DNA from: Candidatus Bathyarchaeota archaeon | Lineage (GTDB): Archaea > Thermoproteota > Bathyarchaeia > Bathyarchaeales > Bathycorpusculaceae | Direction: 5' to 3' | Length of the DNA stretch: 64,000 bases | Assembly: GCA_963811105.1 (NCBI GenBank) | Contig: CAWEPZ010000011.1 | Span: forward strand, 704,001-768,000 | Part shown: one piece after another, positions 21,169-33,609 of the stretch | Position numbering within the stretch: position 1 is the first letter of the stretch | Layout: every line of letters starts with the position of its first letter | Translations under genes and position numbers: made by a program | Notes under the pieces: model-generated | What the model saw: the letters and a program-made list of their open reading frames with translations, nothing else | Told to the model about the DNA's origin: nothing | Database searches by the model: none

Positions 21169-22818
21169 TTATTCAGATGCCGTTGGCGTGTACCTGCTTA
21201 AGTAGCCCTTAGAGATTTTTGGTTTCCGAGGCTTCCATGCAGCTAAGCGTTCTTCAAGCTCCTTGTCTGACAGCTCAACTTTTAGAATCCTGTTAGGTAT
21301 ATCTATAGTTATTTCGTCGCCATTTCTTAGAGTTGCTATGGGTCCTCCGTCGAAGGCTTCTGGGGCGACGTGTCCAATGCATGGTCCACGGGTGGCTCCT
21401 GAAAATCTTCCGTCGGTTATAAGTGCTACGCTTTCGCTTAAGCCCATGCCTGCTATGGTGGCTGTGGGTATGAGCATTTCAGGCATTCCCGGTCCGCCTT
21501 TTGGTCCTTCATAACGAATAACGACCACATCGCCTGCGACAACTTCATTTCGTTTCATGGCTGATTGCGCTTCACGCTCTGAATCGTAAACCTTTGCGGG
21601 ACCTTTATGCTTAAGCATCTTCGGCGAAACCGCAGCCATCTTTACTACTGCTCCTTTTGGAGCCAAGTTGCCTTTGAGTATGGCAACCCCACCTTCTTTG
21701 TGAACTGGGTTATCGAGAGGTCGAATCACTTCAGCATTTATTACTTTAGCTTGAGCAACGTTTTCGCCAACAGTTTTAGTTGTAACTGTCAAAGCGTCGT
21801 AATGTATGAATGGTCGAAGCTCGTTTATCAGTGCGGGTAAGCCGCCTGCGTTGCCCAGGTCTGACATGTCAAAAGCGCCGCTTGGAACCATGCTGCATAA
21901 ATGCGGCACTTTACGTCCTATTTTATCGTAGGTTGCGAGGTTAAGTTTGGCTCCTGCCTCGTTAGCAATAGCAGAAAGATGCAAAACCGAGTTTGTTGAA
22001 CCTCCAAGAGCCATATCTACTGCCGCAGCGTTTTCAAAAGCGTTCTGAGTCATAATTTGCGATGGCTTGATATCTTTCTTAACAAGCTCAACAATTTTTG
22101 CGCCTGTTTCTTTAGCAATTCTCTGTTTTAAAGCTCCATTTGCCAAAGCGGTTGCGCAGTAGGGAAGCGACATGCCTAACGCTTCTGTTAAGCACGCCAT
22201 AGTATTTGCTGTGAACATGCCGTTGCATGAACCGCAACCTGGACATGCTACGTTCTCCAGTTTTGTTGATTCTGCCTCTGTCATTTTGCCAGCGAAGACT
22301 TTGCCGACTGCTTCAAAAACGTTGTTGACACCGACTTTTTGTCCGTCCAATATACCTGACTCCATGGGTCCACCAGTGACTGATATTGCTGGGACGTTTA
22401 GTCTTGCAGCTGCCATTAGCATACCTGGGGTGACTTTGTCACAGTTTGATATGAGCACCATACCATCCAGACGGTGGGCTTGCATCATTATTTCTACTGA
22501 GTCAGCGATTAATTCGCGGCTCGGAAGTGAATACCGCATACCTTCGTGACCCATGGCTATGCCGTCACATACCGCTATTGTATTGAATTCGAATGGTGTT
22601 CCGCCAGCTTCAAGAATGCCTTCTTTTACGGCTTCACCTAAAGCTCTAAGATGAACATGACCTGGAACTATAGACGTGTAACTGTTAGCTATTCCAATAA
22701 ATGGTTTAGCCATATCTTGATCTGTTAAACCTAAACTTTTCAGCAGAGCTCTATGTGGGGCCCGCTCGATTCCCTTCTTTATCTCGTCACTTCTCATCCC
22801 AATTTTACCTCTGTGCAT
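21169..22818 (-). CDS. ilvD: Dihydroxy-acid dehydratase
   Basis: [55 protein letters not shown]. Confidence 0.98.
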   Translation of the reverse strand: MHRGKIGMRSDEIKKGIERAPHRALLKSLGLTDQDMAKPFIGIANSYTSIVPGHVHLRALGEAVKEGILEAGGTPFEFNTIAVCDGIAMGHEGMRYSLPSRELIADSVEIMMQAHRLDGMVLISNCDKVTPGMLMAAARLNVPAISVTGGPMESGILDGQKVGVNNVFEAVGKVFAGKMTEAESTKLENVACPGCGSCNGMFTANTMACLTEALGMSLPYCATALANGALKQRIAKETGAKIVELVKKDIKPSQIMTQNAFENAAAVDMALGGSTNSVLHLSAIANEAGAKLNLATYDKIGRKVPHLCSMVPSGAFDMSDLGNAGGLPALINELRPFIHYDALTVTTKTVGENVAQAKVINAEVIRPLDNPVHKEGGVAILKGNLAPKGAVVKMAAVSPKMLKHKGPAKVYDSEREAQSAMKRNEVVAGDVVVIRYEGPKGGPGMPEMLIPTATIAGMGLSESVALITDGRFSGATRGPCIGHVAPEAFDGGPIATLRNGDEITIDIPNRILKVELSDKELEERLAAWKPRKPKISKGYLSRYTPTASE

Positions 22819-23260
22819 TTTAAGTCACCGATAATTTTATATTTAAAGATATTTCTAAAGCAAAGATTTTTGTTTTTAATATTTGATGCTTCAGCAAATA
22901 CCATGTTTTTCACCTTCTTTTTTTAATCTCTAACTGACTTTTTTAGGTCGCTTTTTAAGGGCTAAAATATCAAAGGTGGTAGAGGCATTCTGAGAAGGGT
23001 TCACTCTTTATGTTTCTTTTTAGAATGTCCGTCAACAGAAAGTCGTCTCATGATTTTCTTTTTTTCCATTTGAGTATACACCGTTCCAAGTGACCTTAAA
23101 GTATTCACTTATTTTTTGGCTACCGTAATTTTCTTTTTGAATTGCTTTGCATTCTTCTTTTCCAAATATCTCTATCTCTTTTTTATAGTGTATATTTTTT
23201 GACTTTGCTTAAAAGCTTTAAACCAGCTCTCATGCCTAATTTTCTTGCTCTTGATTCTTC

Positions 23261-23701
23261 TTACGTAGTGTAAGATACGCATGTTAAATTAGTTTGATGA
23301 GGCGTTACGTTATAAGCAGAAACCAACATTACAAGAATGAAAGTATTTCCCGTTCTTTCAATGCTAATGCTTTCGTATAAGCCATTGTTTAAAGCAACAG
23401 ATGGCATAAAAGTACTAAGGTAACCTAAAAATGTCGTTTCAGAGACCGCAGTTAGGTTACTGTAAGTAGCTTTAAACTGAGCAAAAGCTGTGGAACTATC
23501 ATTTCGATAGAAATTAGGAACTGCAACGTCTGGTGGTGCTTGATAATTTTTGATAAGATCTTTTATGTGTAGTTCTAATGAGTCTGCTTTTGCCTTTGCA
23601 TCTGTGCTGTTATTCATGATAAATGACTGAAATAACAATGCAGCTATGATTATAGTCAAAGCTATGATTACACCTATTATGGTTAATATTTTCTTATTCA
23701 T
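23261..23701 (-). CDS. Hypothetical protein with N-terminal TM anchor, in an AT-rich segment
   Basis: MNKKILTIIGVIIALTIIIAALL start at 23701, preceded by GGTGA. Confidence 0.55.
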   Translation of the reverse strand: MNKKILTIIGVIIALTIIIAALLFQSFIMNNSTDAKAKADSLELHIKDLIKNYQAPPDVAVPNFYRNDSSTAFAQFKATYSNLTAVSETTFLGYLSTFMPSVALNNGLYESISIERTGNTFILVMLVSAYNVTPHQTNLTCVSYTT

Positions 23702-24961
23702 TTGTTTCACCAAATAATAGGTAGTTAAGTTATTATTGCTTATTAATTCCGTTTCTTTATAATACTTGCCATTTGTTTCGACTTTGCTAAAAGATTTTAG
23801 AACCAGCTTTGGATGCATCGTAAAGAAAGATAGTTGGAGACTATCCAAAAATCCGTGTTTTTTGTTCAACAATTTTCTTTGTTTCATAGATAATTCTCAA
23901 GGCATACACTTTGTTAAAAACGACCAGAATTAGAAACATGATAAATGTAAAATTATAGGTATTATAGGTTCCAAAATTATTTTGTAAAGTTATTGAAAAT
24001 AAACCCCAATTCCCTTTCAAACCATAATCGCTAAAAAGATGCCAATTTGTTTGGTCTATTTGGGCATAAGTAATAATTCCGAAAATATTAAAAACAATTA
24101 AAAGAAGCCATTTTTATAAAGCATCTTAAGCGTTTCGTTGACCAAGTAAATCTAAACTATTGTTATCATAATGATTTAAGATTTTTTATAGTCACATAAT
24201 TTGCTTAATCCAATTCTTAGACCTAATTACACTACAATTTGAAAACAAAGTAAGGAATTGTCCATTTTCCATTATGTTTTTAGTTCCTCTATAACCACAT
24301 TTAGGGCATTTATCTATAATTTGAGACCTCAAAGAGAAAGTCGTAACCTATTTACCTGAATCTTCAAGTCGTCAATTTGTCTTAGTATTTCTTGAATCTT
24401 AGAAAGTAAAAAGTGGAATTCAGCGTTTTCCACAGCTAGACCTTTAAACCGCTGTAAAATAATCGAAACCGTTAGCAGTCTGTTCGACTTTTCCGAACCC
24501 ATAAGACCATTTAGCTAGAATTTCTTTACATGTTGACGCTGAAATTTTATAAGGTTCGCCTTTAGTGACTGTGACGCATGAATCCGATTCTAGACTCACG
24601 CTCATAGCTACTCCCAATTTCGTTAAGTCAGAAACGTAATACTTTTTGTCAACGAATTTCAAAACAATGTTTGGGGCTTACGTTAGAATTTATTTCGACA
24701 TGCACATCTTGACCATAGAAGCTTTTTCTTTACGAAAGAATCTTCGGAAACAATTTCACGGACAAATACTATATGAAAATTGCTTCTCTTGAAATGCCTT
24801 CAAGCATTGTTGGCTCATATGTTTTAAGAATTATATCTCCGAACGGGTTAGTTTCAGCCCAAACTACAGGACTATTTGGGGTTTCTTGATAGATATTTAA
24901 TGCTCTAGCAAAAATCTCTAAACTAATAATTTCTTCTGGAAAAGAAACTTTATATTTAAGG

Positions 24962-26515
24962 TTGACGCCTTGGAAACAGAGTGACTTTAAATGGGGTATT
25001 GTTTTATCCAACAGCTTCCCTAAACACGTAAAATTTTTAGATACCACTTTGCGAGATGGCGAACAAACACCCGGAGTATCTCTTGTCCCTGAAAGCAAAT
25101 TGCGAATAGCCCAGAGGCTAGATGAGCTTGGTGTTGATTATATTGAGGCTGGTTTCGCGGCTGTTTCTGAAGGAGAAATGGAAGCCGTAAAGCTTATTGC
25201 TAAACAGGGTCTGAAAGCTCAGATTTCCTGTGCAGCCAGAGGAACAAAAAATGATATTGAAGCAGTGATAAAGAGCGGTGCTTCTACCATAAGCATGATT
25301 ATCCCAACATCTGATTTGCACATAGAATGTAAACTACACAAAACCCGAGAACAAATACTTCAAACTACGGATGACTGCGTGAGATATGCTAAGGACCACG
25401 GGTTGGTTGTAGAGTTTTTAGCTGAAGATGCAACACGGTCAAAATTTGATTACATGACTAAAGTTTTCCAAGCAGCCGTTGAAGCTGGCGCTGACCGGGT
25501 TATTGTATGTGACACTGTGGGAATTTTGACTCCTGAGCGGTCAGCAAAGCTCTTCTCAAAGCTTAAAAACGAAATAAAGGTTCCATTGGGTGTTCATTGC
25601 CACAATGATTTTGGTTTGGCAGTTGCTAACTCAGTTGCTGCTTTAGGCGCTGGTGCAGAAGAAGTTCATGCAACCATTAACGGTCTTGGGGAACGCGCTG
25701 GGAACGCTTCACTAGAAGAAATTATTGTTACTTTAAAATCACTGTACAAGTTAGATATTAACATAAAAACTGAGCTACTGTACGGCACATCCCAATTGGT
25801 TTCCAGATTAACCGGTGTGCATGTTCAACCTAACAAGGCTATCGTTGGCGAAAACGCTTTCACCCACGAATCAGGAATACATACTCAAGGCATGCTAACT
25901 AACCCATCCACCTATGAAGCAATTGCTCCTGAATTGGTTGGTTCTAGACGACGCATATCAGCGGGTAAACATTCAGGTTCCCATGCTATACGTGCGGATT
26001 TGCAAAGTATGGGCCTTCAGCCATCCGACGAGCAATTTAGGGATATTTTCCAACGTATAAAACAGCTTGGTGACAAAGGCAAAGCAGTCATGGATGCCGA
26101 TGTGCTTGCAATAGCTGAGAACATTATGGGTTTAAGCAGAGCTAAACCAATACGACTTGAAGAAATGACATTTGTCGGCGGCGACAAAGTAACTGCAACT
26201 GCATCCGTCCGCTTATCGTTAAACGGTAAAGAAGTTTGGGGTGCCGCAGTTGGAGTTGGACCCGTAGACGCAGCAATAAACGCAGTTAAGAACGCCATTG
26301 CTGAGGTTGAACCAATCATTTTAGAGCAATATATGGTTAAAGCGATCACCGGCGGAACCGACGCGATGGTTGAAGTTGTCGTACGCATGCGCAAAGGAAA
26401 CAGAACAGTCACAGCCATGGGAGTACGCGAAGACATCGTTAAAGCTAGCATGGAAGCAGTCCTGAGCGCCATGAACGTACTAACGACTGATTATAACAGT
26501 AATTCCAACCAGTAA
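24962..26515 (+). CDS. cimA: LeuA/CimA-family synthase, probably (R)-citramalate synthase
   Basis: DTTLRDGEQTPG, HCHNDFGLA, GLGERAGN, HESGIH and C-terminal regulatory GVGPVDA. IPTSDLH is more CimA-like than LeuA-like, but leuA is not excluded. Confidence 0.8.
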   Translation: MTPWKQSDFKWGIVLSNSFPKHVKFLDTTLRDGEQTPGVSLVPESKLRIAQRLDELGVDYIEAGFAAVSEGEMEAVKLIAKQGLKAQISCAARGTKNDIEAVIKSGASTISMIIPTSDLHIECKLHKTREQILQTTDDCVRYAKDHGLVVEFLAEDATRSKFDYMTKVFQAAVEAGADRVIVCDTVGILTPERSAKLFSKLKNEIKVPLGVHCHNDFGLAVANSVAALGAGAEEVHATINGLGERAGNASLEEIIVTLKSLYKLDINIKTELLYGTSQLVSRLTGVHVQPNKAIVGENAFTHESGIHTQGMLTNPSTYEAIAPELVGSRRRISAGKHSGSHAIRADLQSMGLQPSDEQFRDIFQRIKQLGDKGKAVMDADVLAIAENIMGLSRAKPIRLEEMTFVGGDKVTATASVRLSLNGKEVWGAAVGVGPVDAAINAVKNAIAEVEPIILEQYMVKAITGGTDAMVEVVVRMRKGNRTVTAMGVREDIVKASMEAVLSAMNVLTTDYNSNSNQ

Positions 26516-26567
26516 ATAACCTGACACTAGCTTAAAGATAATTAGAACTGACTCTAATGACTGCTAT

Positions 26568-27365
26568 TTATGCGCTTATTTTTGGTGGTGGTCGTACCCG
26601 CTTTCTGCCAAGCTTAACTCGCAACGCGACTCGATACAGTTTCCGAAGAGACTTCACTAGTTGCTCCAAGGTGGGCGCAGTTGAGAAAATGAGCGGTATC
26701 TGCTCGTACTCAGCTATGCGGATGGCTTCGTCGTCCGGCTTGGTTTTGTGAAAAACTATAATCCGCGGTTTTAGACTGCTTACTCGAACAATCATCATAG
26801 GCAAAGAACCAGTTTCCACGTTTGTGAAAATTAATGCACGCTCCGTGGATGCGCCAAATAGCTGCGCGTACTCTAACCCAGAATATGCTTCCACAGCTTT
26901 TCGACTATCAATAACTGTGTATCCGTTAACTTCTTTAATGTACTTATCTTTGCAGGCTACTATTTCACCGCAGATAGCCTTGCATAAGTACTCAACCCGA
27001 ACCGGAATTGGAAACTCGCGCAAATCCACAATAGCCATGCTAGGTGAGCTCGTTAGTTTTGCGAATTCCCTTATAAAGCGGCTTCCTTTCGTTTCATCGA
27101 TGTGCAAAAGCGAGAGCACAAATCTTCGAATGAATTTAGCACCAGGACTTTCACGTCGCCCACTTTCATAGTCACTAATAACCCCTGAAGACGACAAACC
27201 CATCGTCTCAGAAAGTGTCATTTGGGAAACAGCAAAAAGCTCTCGCCATTTGCGCATCGTAGCGCCTGGTTTACCTGAAAGAATTATTTCTCCAGCAATT
27301 CTTCTGGCCAATACTTCTCTGAGGCTAGGCGATACTGACACGAAAGTAAACTCTCCAGCTTGCAC
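26568..27365 (-). CDS. Conserved archaeal XRE-type HTH transcriptional regulator
   Basis: RIAGEI...MRKWRELF...VISDYESGRRESPG; C-terminal GASTERALIFT. Confidence 0.85.
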   Translation of the reverse strand: MQAGEFTFVSVSPSLREVLARRIAGEIILSGKPGATMRKWRELFAVSQMTLSETMGLSSSGVISDYESGRRESPGAKFIRRFVLSLLHIDETKGSRFIREFAKLTSSPSMAIVDLREFPIPVRVEYLCKAICGEIVACKDKYIKEVNGYTVIDSRKAVEAYSGLEYAQLFGASTERALIFTNVETGSLPMMIVRVSSLKPRIIVFHKTKPDDEAIRIAEYEQIPLIFSTAPTLEQLVKSLRKLYRVALRVKLGRKRVRPPPKISA

Positions 27366-27597
27366 TGTTCCTTAATGTTGGGGATATAAAACTATAACGC
27401 TTTCTTGAATTAAATAGGCAATTAACGATTCTTTGGAGCGCAGTTTCATGATAAAGTTTACTGCTGATATGTATGCATTATTTTTCATCTTTGCTTTAGT
27501 GTCAAATTCTATTTAGGTAACTATGAATTGAGTTTATAAGGAAGTTTCACGTAGATATGCAGAACTACCGCACAACTATAAAAAGGAGTGAAAATAT

Positions 27598-27885
27598 ATG
27601 ACAGAAAAATCTAATGATGTAGTATTCGTTGGAAACAAACCACCTATGAGCTATGTTCTCGCTCTCATCACAGCATTCTCTTCAGGGCAAAAAGAAATAA
27701 CCCTAAAAGCAAGAGGACAAGCAATAACCACAGCCGTTGACGTTGCAGAAATAACAAGAAGTCGTTTCATAAAAGACACAAAGGTTAGCAAAATCGCAAT
27801 CGGAACCGCAGAGATGCCACCACGAGAAGGCGAAAATAGGTCCCGGATGGTTTCAACAATCGAGATTAGTCTCGCAAAAGAATAA
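27598..27885 (+). CDS. albA: DNA/RNA-binding protein Alba
   Basis: VFVGNKPPMSYV, LKARGQAITTAVDVAE, VSTIEI. Confidence 0.96.
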   Translation: MTEKSNDVVFVGNKPPMSYVLALITAFSSGQKEITLKARGQAITTAVDVAEITRSRFIKDTKVSKIAIGTAEMPPREGENRSRMVSTIEISLAKE

Positions 27886-27940
27886 TCTACGATAACCACC
27901 ACTAAACTGGGAGTTTTTTAACCTCTCAAACCTTTTTACA

Positions 27941-28804
27941 TTAAAGTTTTGTTTTGCGTCTGTCTTTTAAGTAAGCATCAACTTTTTCAACTATTTCCAT
28001 AAAAGCCTTAGCAGCAGATGAGTCCTTGTCGGCAATAACAAAAGGCTGTCCCTTATCAGAATCTGCACCTACTTTGGGGTCAATTGGGATGCTGCCTAGA
28101 AATGGAACTCTAACTTCTTGTGCCATCTTTTTGCCGCCGCCTGACTGGAAAATCTCAGTTTTTTGTCCACAATGGGGACAGACAAAACCGCTCATGTTCT
28201 CCACTACGCCGATTATCGGCATATTTAGTCGCTCAGCAAAAGTAATGGCTTTCCTAACAACGATGCTTGACAGTACTGTTGGCATAGTCACTATTACCAC
28301 ACCGTCTAAATCAGGCAAAAGTTGAGCAATACTTAATGGTTCATCACCTGTCCCAGGCGGCAAATCGATAAAGAGAAAATCAAGTTCCCCCCAAACAATA
28401 TCGACTAGGAACTGGCGAATAGCCCTCATTTTTAATGGTCCACGCCAAATTGTTGGAGCCTCCTCCGGCAAAAAGAAATCAATAGACATAACTTTCAAAC
28501 CTAAGGGACCGTCAACAGGTAAAGCACCTGAAGGACCGGTCTTAACCTGACTCCCTTCCAAGCCTAGAAGCCTTGGAACACTAGGACCATGAATATCCGC
28601 GTCTAAAACACCAACCTTAAAGCCTTTTTGCGCAAAAGCCGAGGCAAGGTTAACAGTTGCAGTACTCTTGCCTACTCCACCTTTACCACTTATAATGGCG
28701 ATTTTGTATTTGATTTTTCCCATTCTATCTTTTAGATTCTGCTGCTCCCCTGATTGTTGTTGTCTATAAGCTTCAAGCTGAGCCAAATTTCTCTCTAAAG
28801 CCAT
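27941..28804 (-). CDS. mrp: Mrp/NBP35 Fe-S cluster carrier ATPase
   Basis: SGKGGVGKS, WRGP, DLPPGTGD, ENMSGFVCPHC. Confidence 0.95.
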   Translation of the reverse strand: MALERNLAQLEAYRQQQSGEQQNLKDRMGKIKYKIAIISGKGGVGKSTATVNLASAFAQKGFKVGVLDADIHGPSVPRLLGLEGSQVKTGPSGALPVDGPLGLKVMSIDFFLPEEAPTIWRGPLKMRAIRQFLVDIVWGELDFLFIDLPPGTGDEPLSIAQLLPDLDGVVIVTMPTVLSSIVVRKAITFAERLNMPIIGVVENMSGFVCPHCGQKTEIFQSGGGKKMAQEVRVPFLGSIPIDPKVGADSDKGQPFVIADKDSSAAKAFMEIVEKVDAYLKDRRKTKL

Positions 28805-28883
28805 AAAAAAAACCTCGCAAACGCTGATATGTTTGATTCTTAAGTAAACTAAAATAGTTTCTGGTCTCTCATTTTACTCTTAG

Positions 28884-29366
28884 CTAAAGCTTATAGCCTA
28901 TTTTTCGTATGAAGTCTCGTCTTTCCTTTATGTCTGCCTCATTTTCTATGCCTTTGCTTTTTGAACCGTCAACAACACCTACGATGCCTCTTCCTTGAGA
29001 TGTTTCGGCAATAATTACTTCCAGCGGGTTAGCTGTAGCCGCAAGAACTGTACACACTTCTGGCACTCTTTTGATTTTGTCTAAGACATTCAGCGGATAA
29101 GCATTTTTAATCAAAATTACAAAGCTATGGCCGCAACCGATTTCGAAAGCTTTCTCCGCAGCCATGCGCCGAAGTTCCTCGTCATTTCCTTCATGTCTGA
29201 CAAGACAGGGTCCTGAGCTCTCACAGAAGCCGACGCCGAATTTGATTGTAGGAACGGAATTCACTAGTGCTTCATAGAGGTCTTCTGCGGTTTTAATAAA
29301 ATGGGCCATGCCAAGGATGGTGTTACAGTCTTTAGGCGGATCAATTTTAACCGTTTTTAGATCCAA
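28884..29366 (-). CDS. Adenosine-specific kinase family (DUF355) protein
   Basis: [23 protein letters not shown]...[15 protein letters not shown]. Confidence 0.88.
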   Translation of the reverse strand: MDLKTVKIDPPKDCNTILGMAHFIKTAEDLYEALVNSVPTIKFGVGFCESSGPCLVRHEGNDEELRRMAAEKAFEIGCGHSFVILIKNAYPLNVLDKIKRVPEVCTVLAATANPLEVIIAETSQGRGIVGVVDGSKSKGIENEADIKERRDFIRKIGYKL

Positions 29367-29587
29367 ACGTTAAACCTCTTTGTTAGAACACTTAACTTCG
29401 CTTGAAGATATAACTTTATTAAAAGAACTTGCCGATTTTCTCGCAAATTTTAGCTAAAGTAAGCAGCTATTTGGTGTTTTGTGCTTGTTTTTGTAAAGAT
29501 AAATCTTACATCCATCTTTGCATTGGATAGATGCGTCGTGCAAAAACGGTTTTTGCACAATAAAACAGATAGAAGAGTTGAAAAGTA

Positions 29588-29731
29588 GTGTCGGGAAAAG
29601 AAATGTTCAAGGCAACTTGCGCTGAATGCAACAAAGAATGTGAAGTTCCGTTCAAACCTGACCCAAATAGGCCTGTTTACTGCCGAGAATGCTTTGCTAA
29701 AAAACGTCCAGCAAGGCCAAGACGATATTAA
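29588..29731 (+). CDS. CxxC-x17-CxxC zinc-ribbon small protein (not in ORF track)
   Basis: GTG start; MSGKEMFKATCAECNKECEVPFKPDPNRPVYCRECFAKKRPARPRRY*. Confidence 0.88.
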   Translation: MSGKEMFKATCAECNKECEVPFKPDPNRPVYCRECFAKKRPARPRRY

Positions 29732-29870
29732 GCTTAACCGCTTTTCTCATTTAGAATCTCTAATTTATTATTTATTTTTTTATGCTTATATATCGATTGT
29801 CATTTTCAAGCATTTTCTATTCGAACAAAAGCTAAATATGATTGAGTGGTTAATCAATGGGAAAAGGTAA

Positions 29871-29944
29871 GGGCTGGTAGTTCAGCTGGCATGAACGCTT
29901 GACTTGCACTCAAGAGGTCGGGGGTTCAAATCCCCCCCAGTCCA
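29871..29944 (+). tRNA. tRNA-Ala(TGC), no intron, CCA not encoded
   Basis: Acceptor GGGCTGG/CCAGTCC with G3:U70, anticodon loop CT-TGC-AC, T arm GGGGG-TTCAAAT-CCCCC. Confidence 0.96.
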
Positions 29945-30001
29945 CTTCAACATTGAAAACTCAACACCTCGGTACTCTTAAAGAAAAATTTGTAGCAGTT
30001 C

Positions 30002-30185
30002 TCATTTACGTTTTTTGAAGATTTTGTTTCCATTTAAGTCGCAGACGTATTCAAAGCCTGCTTCTATGAGTTTGCAAGCTTCTTCTTCAGAGTGGGCTAC
30101 TGCGGCTAAGAAGTCATCGTCTTTGATGCTGATAAGCTGTGTATATAGCATGGTGCATTTAGCGATTTGTGGCAATAGGACTTTA
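30002..30185 (-). pseudogene. Tyrosine integrase C-terminal relic 1
   Basis: With frameshifts: LL(G)HKSL..TMLYTQLISIKDDDFLAAVAHSEEEACKLIEAGFEYVCDLNGNKIFKKRK*. It includes the box II H...T..Y pattern of tyrosine recombinases. Confidence 0.75.
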
Positions 30186-33100
30186 GAAAAGGTTTAGACG
30201 AATCAAGAGTTTTTTATAATAGATTCGATTTTCTCATTTTTCTTAGTCTTGATTTAATTGCGCTTCTTTGTCTTTGATGTTTCTTTGCTATTTCATTTAC
30301 GGTTAAATTTTCATTGTATTCAGCAAGCAGTTGTTTGTCTTCAGCTTCAGACCAACTCTCATATGCTCGTGCATATTTCAATCTGATTCTTTCAACATCG
30401 TATGCCTTATTATTTACTCCAGAAAGCAACCCACCTTTTGGTTTTTCTATAAAATTAGACGACCATAGATCTCGATTGTCCGACTCTGTTACTCGAAAGA
30501 AAGATGCTGAACCATTTTTCTCTGAAACGTTCACTATGTATTTCTCTTTAGCGGAAAGCATAGCTAACTTACGCCTGTCCTTTAAACTCGTCATCAAATG
30601 CATTTTTTGCTTTTTCCTTCTTATTTGAAATGCGGCAATTATTTGGCTTCCCTCTTTCCAAACAACGCTTATGAATCTATTTGAACCATCATTTAGAAGG
30701 TTGGGGACTTCATACTCAGTGTAAGAGTTAAAACCTATGTCTTTTCCCATTTTCCAGATTTTTAGTGCAGCCTTTTTTCTAACATCTGTACCCGGTTCAA
30801 CGTGCCAGAATGCTCGAGAAATCATTGATTCATTTGATATATCTGATCTTTGAAGCCCGATGAATTCCTCTTCAATCAATGTTGATTGGTCTTTTTGCTG
30901 GATATTTGCGCTGGGTATTGCTGAAGCGGTGGAGGAGTTGTTTTCTCGAAAAGCCTGAAGTTCAGGTTTGTTTTTTGAATATTCTTTAACTATTTTGTCT
31001 ATTCCAAAGTTTCTAATTAATTGAGAGACTGTTCGTTTTGTTCTAAACGCCATCATACTTTCTGAAGAATCAAATTGAGCAAGAATATTGAGACTGCCAT
31101 AATAAACCACAGAATTATCAACTAAGGCAATCTTGAAGTGGAATCTATCAAAGGCTTCATCGAATCCGAAATCCTTAGAAGCAAAAATGACATGTATACC
31201 CATTTTAGACAAATCATCAATAACTTCATTGTGCTCTTTTTTCCTAGTAATAACATAAATTGGAATATTTTTTCGGATCACCCGCTGAAAATCCTCTTGC
31301 AGTGTTTCAACCCGCTTTCTTGAAATAAATGGACTAAAAATTACCACTCTAGACATTGCCTTGTTCATATCATCTAAGAAAGCAGAGTAAAAGTCGGTTT
31401 GGTCATATATCGTAAATGAAGCATCTTTAACGAAATTATTTTTGTTGAAAGAGGTGCTCATTTCAAAAGGGCAGTATCCGGTTATGTTTGAATCTACGAT
31501 TTCTCCGCTTTGCTGTATTTTTTCAAGTACTTGTGGAACAGCGTCATTAGCCCCAAAATTCTTAGTAATGTAGTCACTATTGCCAACCAAAATGAACTTT
31601 CCAATAGCTCTTGATATTGCAACGTTGATTAGTCTTCCAGGCTCCGATTTTTTGAAAGGGCCCCCGGGTAAGCTTTCCAGGGTTCAAAGGCTTTCCCTCA
31701 ACAAGATCGAATATTATACAGTCTCTTTCGTTTCCTTGAAAACGGTGAACCGTAGAAGCAACAATTAAACTGGGAATCCGCATCCTTATCATCAAGTATT
31801 TTATTTATTAAGTCTGGCTTGAGCTTTGTAAGGTGTAACAATACCAACACTAATTCGAATGCCTTGTTTTGCTCCTTCTTCTCCGCATTTCAGGGCTAAA
31901 CTGGTTGAAACAACCGCTGAATATGGACTCATTCGGGAGTAGGAATTTTTCGGTCTAGATATGAATGGATCGGTGGTTGTTGTATCACAAAATATGAGTG
32001 ATTTGCCCTCAAAGGGAGACTAGTGCAGCAATTTTCTCCTTTATAGGCACAACAGAGTCTGGTGTTACGAGTTTACCATCATAAACAACTTCACTAACCA
32101 AGTTACAAATACAAGGATGCATTCTAAATTGTTCTCTTAGCATTACAAGTCGATTATCTCCGATTTCTAAATTTACTCGTTCCACTATGCCTGCCTGATC
32201 GAAAATATCTCTTCTTAACCATTTTTGAGCTAATGGAGTTCTAGCTTCTGCTATAGGTGATAATTGCCTAAAATCCCCAGAGATTATGTAATGGTTTGAG
32301 CATAGACCAGATAAGAAGAATACATTTGGCAAAAGAGCCATGCTTGCCTCGTCAATTATTAGTGTATCAAATTTTATCTGAGAAATATTAGAGTCTACAC
32401 AAGCTCTAGCTATCGTCGTTCCAATAACAAGTGCATCCTTAATTATGCTATTTCTGCTTTTTTCATCGGTTGTGTTTAACGAGGTTAGTGTGCTCTCTTT
32501 TTCTTTCCTTTCAACTTCCAAATCAGATATTTTTTGTTCTATTTTTGCTAGATTAAAAGCGGTCTGACTTTTAGGGTCCTCAAATAAAGGTTCACGCAAG
32601 TTGCTTTGCCGCATGTCCTTTTTAAGAGTCAATTCTTCAATCTTATTTTGGAAACTCAAAATTTCTAAGTTATTAATTTGATTTTGATTTTCAATTGTTT
32701 TAACTTGATTTTCTAAATGGTCAGTGTTTATGCCTGAAAAAAATCTTCTCAGTATGCTGGCATTCTTGGCTTTTTCTAATAACTGCTTATTGGTACAGAG
32801 CCATGCCCTATTGCTTTCTAAGGTTCTTTTTGAATTTTCTATTCTCTTCCGAAGAGTATTAATCTCTTGTTGAATTAAATCGCATTCTTGCTTCAAGCTT
32901 TCTTGTTTTTGTATTTTTTCTATCAGCACTTTCTCTTGAAGGTCATATTCCTTAATTGTTTTCAACAGTGCTTCTAGATCATTTTCAAGCACTTGAATTG
33001 GGCCTTCCTTTTTGAAAATCTTGCGCCTTTCTGGCACGATATAAGCCAATTTCTCATGCTCAAAGGTCGGGATACCTAACCGAATTATTTTTCCGTCTTC

Positions 33101-33609
33101 AATAAAGGAAACATTTTCTGGGCTATCTAAAAATTTTCTTAGAATTTCATCTAATGCCGCATTAGTATTTGTAGCCAGCAATACTTTTTTTCCAGCTTTG
33201 ATAAGCAGGTTAAGAATTAATGTTAATGTTCTAGTTTTCCCTGTGCCAGGAGGACCCCAAATAAATGTGACCTCTTGACTAAGGGATTTAAGTATGGCAA
33301 TTTGTTGTTCATGATTTGGGTTGAAATTATAATTCTCTTGATTCGGTGTAATTATGAGCGGAAAAGAGCTGGGCTCAGTAAAGCCAAAGAGTTTCAAGCT
33401 TCCATCTAGTATGAAACTATACTCTCCGGACTTTACTCGTTCTAGCTTGCTATGTAGTCTTTCAAGTAAGAAAAAAGAAGTATCTTGCAAAGTTGCTTCT
33501 GCAATATAATCACCCTTGTCTTCTTCTAAGACTATATTGATAACGTGTTCTTTTTTGTCCGCAGAATCAAGTCGACCAAAAATTTCTTCGCCATCAATGT
33601 TTAAGTTAA

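Noticed and set aside
30015-30197. Similar plus-strand ORFs at 30015 and 45924 (SQTYSKPAS)
   Set aside because: They are antisense readings of the integrase relics, not a gene family.
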